From assembly GCA_002633005.1 (NCBI GenBank), contig NMRA01000020.1:335621-399620 (forward strand): 64,000 bases of DNA, written 5' to 3'. Positions 61,965 through 64,000 of the stretch are shown here, in pieces. A program made the translations under genes and the position numbers. Below the pieces are notes generated by a model. The model had not been told where the DNA came from, ran no database searches, and saw nothing but the letters and a program-made list of their open reading frames with translations. How positions within the stretch are numbered: the stretch's first letter is position 1; each line of letters starts with the position of its first letter. The stretch comes from Phoronis australis (Eukaryota > Animalia > Phoronida).

Positions 61965-63338
61965 AGGGGAATTGCTCAGGAAATTAAACACTTTCCTGTA
62001 TTTTGTTTCTCAACGTGCACTTTTTTAATTCAGAATAATGGAAAAATGATATTGAAGTGTAAATGCAGTTTTAAAATATTCAACTATTTCTTTTACAGCA
62101 ATGAGTATTACAAAAGTATCAAAAATAAGCTGTTTCCATTTATTATTACAGTGACACTCCTAAAATTTATTTTCATACTGCCGAGCAACGATCGAAAACA
62201 ACAGGGAGCAATTTTCACGTGTTTTAGGAAATAATTTGTGATCAAATTAAAACAAGATATCAGTATTAAAAATGGATTAAAGGCTTGCAAGGTACGTGGA
62301 GTAGATAGAACTTTCTAGATTGACAAGAATCTTGCGAATCTCACTAATGGATTTTGTCTCAAACGCTTTTGGAGTTTTGGACATTTTGCCAGCTTGCACT
62401 ACCGGGCACCTGTCGCTATTTACTGCCATAGTTTAGAGGTTGAGTACACCTGTCAACAACCATCTGAAGACTAATGCTATTGTGGACTGCCTTTTTGGTT
62501 GTTCATAGGAAGAAATACACAGTTTGGTATCTGGTAGACAGTGCCACCGTCTTTAATTAGTTGTATAACGTGTATAGTACTATAGTATAGTCTACACTAT
62601 AGACTATAGACGTAAGCCACATAGGCCGACATAGGGAGCTCCAATTCATACGCTGGAAGCTTTTCGGCAAATTATGCCTCACACTGATTAAACCATCTGA
62701 CATCATATCCCCTGGGGCGTGCTGTGCACAATTTGGCAACTGATCAAAGAAGTGTTTATAAAGTTTGATTGGAGGAGTATTTGTTCGAGTATTTGTTGAT
62801 GGCCTCCTAACGAGTAACGTGTCCCTCTGTGCCCAAAAAGTGCTTTTTGATGATTTTGTTGCAGACCAAGTAGGCCACCCGACCAAGTTAACTTGGTTGG
62901 CTTACACGGTCGGATCTCGCAGACCAAGTAGATACCAAGTGACAATGTACCGTTGATATCTGAATGTTTACCATAGTGTTATAGTGAACACTCTGACAAA
63001 TGCAGCTTCAACTGCTTTTCTAAACCAAATTTCATTTTTATGGGCTTTTTATCATTTGAGTAACCCCTATGGTGAAAAAATATATGTGGTCGACAAAAAT
63101 CTTTATTTTAATCCTTTGAACAAACGGATAATATAGTAATTAAGTTACTGAGCCAGCCAGGGCAAACTGGAGCCAAAAATGCACAACGCAGACAAATCAA
63201 ACACTTAGATTTCACATATAATTTCACTCTTTGCATCTGCTTTTCCTTAGAGAGTTATTAACCAGATTTTGCGACTGAATATGCTGTAGTTTTGCTTGCA
63301 GATTTACTTGGTCCGGTCTCGTCACAGGCCGGCCTGAG

Positions 63339-63558
63339 TAGTACTCTCTGTGACGTAGGCTATGCGTCCGAACTCGCAGAACAGAAATATTTCATAGGTT
63401 CTTTGACTTTTTCTTCAATGACCCTTCTGTTCACAACCTCGATTTTTGTAATCGTTTTTCCTTCTCTTCACTGTTCGTGAACCATTACGTTTTCTTGTAT
63501 CGTTCATTTGGTTCGCGAGTGCCGGGCATCCGGCTGCCGGGGCTGGCCTAGAGTACTA
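63339..63558. mobile_element. 220-bp element with TAG...CTA ends and 4-bp TSD (Academ-like, non-autonomous)
   Basis: tgag|tagtactct ... agagtacta|tgag with GC-rich subterminal hairpins. Confidence 0.55.
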
Positions 63559-64000
63559 TGAGGCATGCACTACCGATGTTTTGATAATTCTTAGTGGCAA
63601 AATGTTTGTCTATGTTTGTAATAAGTGATCATTAACACCTTTATTCGTTCCACAGAATACAGTCACGGACACCCCATTTAGCAACTCAAAATCTAAAGTT
63701 TCTTTTAAGTTTTACAGTTGCAGTGATTATCAAGTACGCTGTTCAGACGCCGGACATACTTGGCGCAATGTAAAGTAATTAATTTCATTTGGCATGTAGC
63801 CAGCAGTTCCAACAAAACAGTAACCTCTGGTATAAGTCTTTGGAAAGTTATCAAAAATTTTTTACTTACTCAATACGTTGTAGTTTTGCGGGCAGGTTTA
63901 CTTGGTCCGGTCTTCCAACGACTCGGACCGAGTGCGCTGTGACATCATCAAACTCGATGAATGGGAATATTTCATTTTTCTTCAAAGATCGCTTCTAAAA

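Overview
AT-rich, intron- and repeat-rich animal genomic DNA; a marine invertebrate, probably a lophotrochozoan, is inferred but not shown. Four protein-coding genes can be rebuilt from splice signals and protein motifs. (1) + strand 1882-32065: a 13-exon, about 899-aa type I receptor (signal peptide, 5 Ig, 2 FN3, TM, Pro-rich tail, two ITIM-type motifs LVYADL and IEYASI), with candidate alternative splicing that would remove the ITIMs. (2) - strand 36278-37912: an intronless C2H2 factor with Ikaros/Hunchback-type C-terminal fingers, an AT-hook and PLDLS motifs. (3) + strand 48075-49055: an intronless orphan class A GPCR. (4) - strand 54512-61920: a 4-exon BET1L/GS15 Golgi SNARE. Introns and intergenic DNA carry several DNA transposons. 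The most striking (about 2880-4403) is a TIR element whose hidden THAP domain, DHSY motif and coiled coil closely resemble vertebrate THAP11/Ronin once a nested 766-bp insertion with a 9-bp TSD is removed. Also present: a decayed Kolobok element, a second THAP-bearing MITE family (2 copies), Harbinger-type MITEs, many minisatellites, a near-perfect miRNA-like hairpin and a probable haplotype mis-join at an N. Family assignments rest on motif recognition from memory, not database searches.
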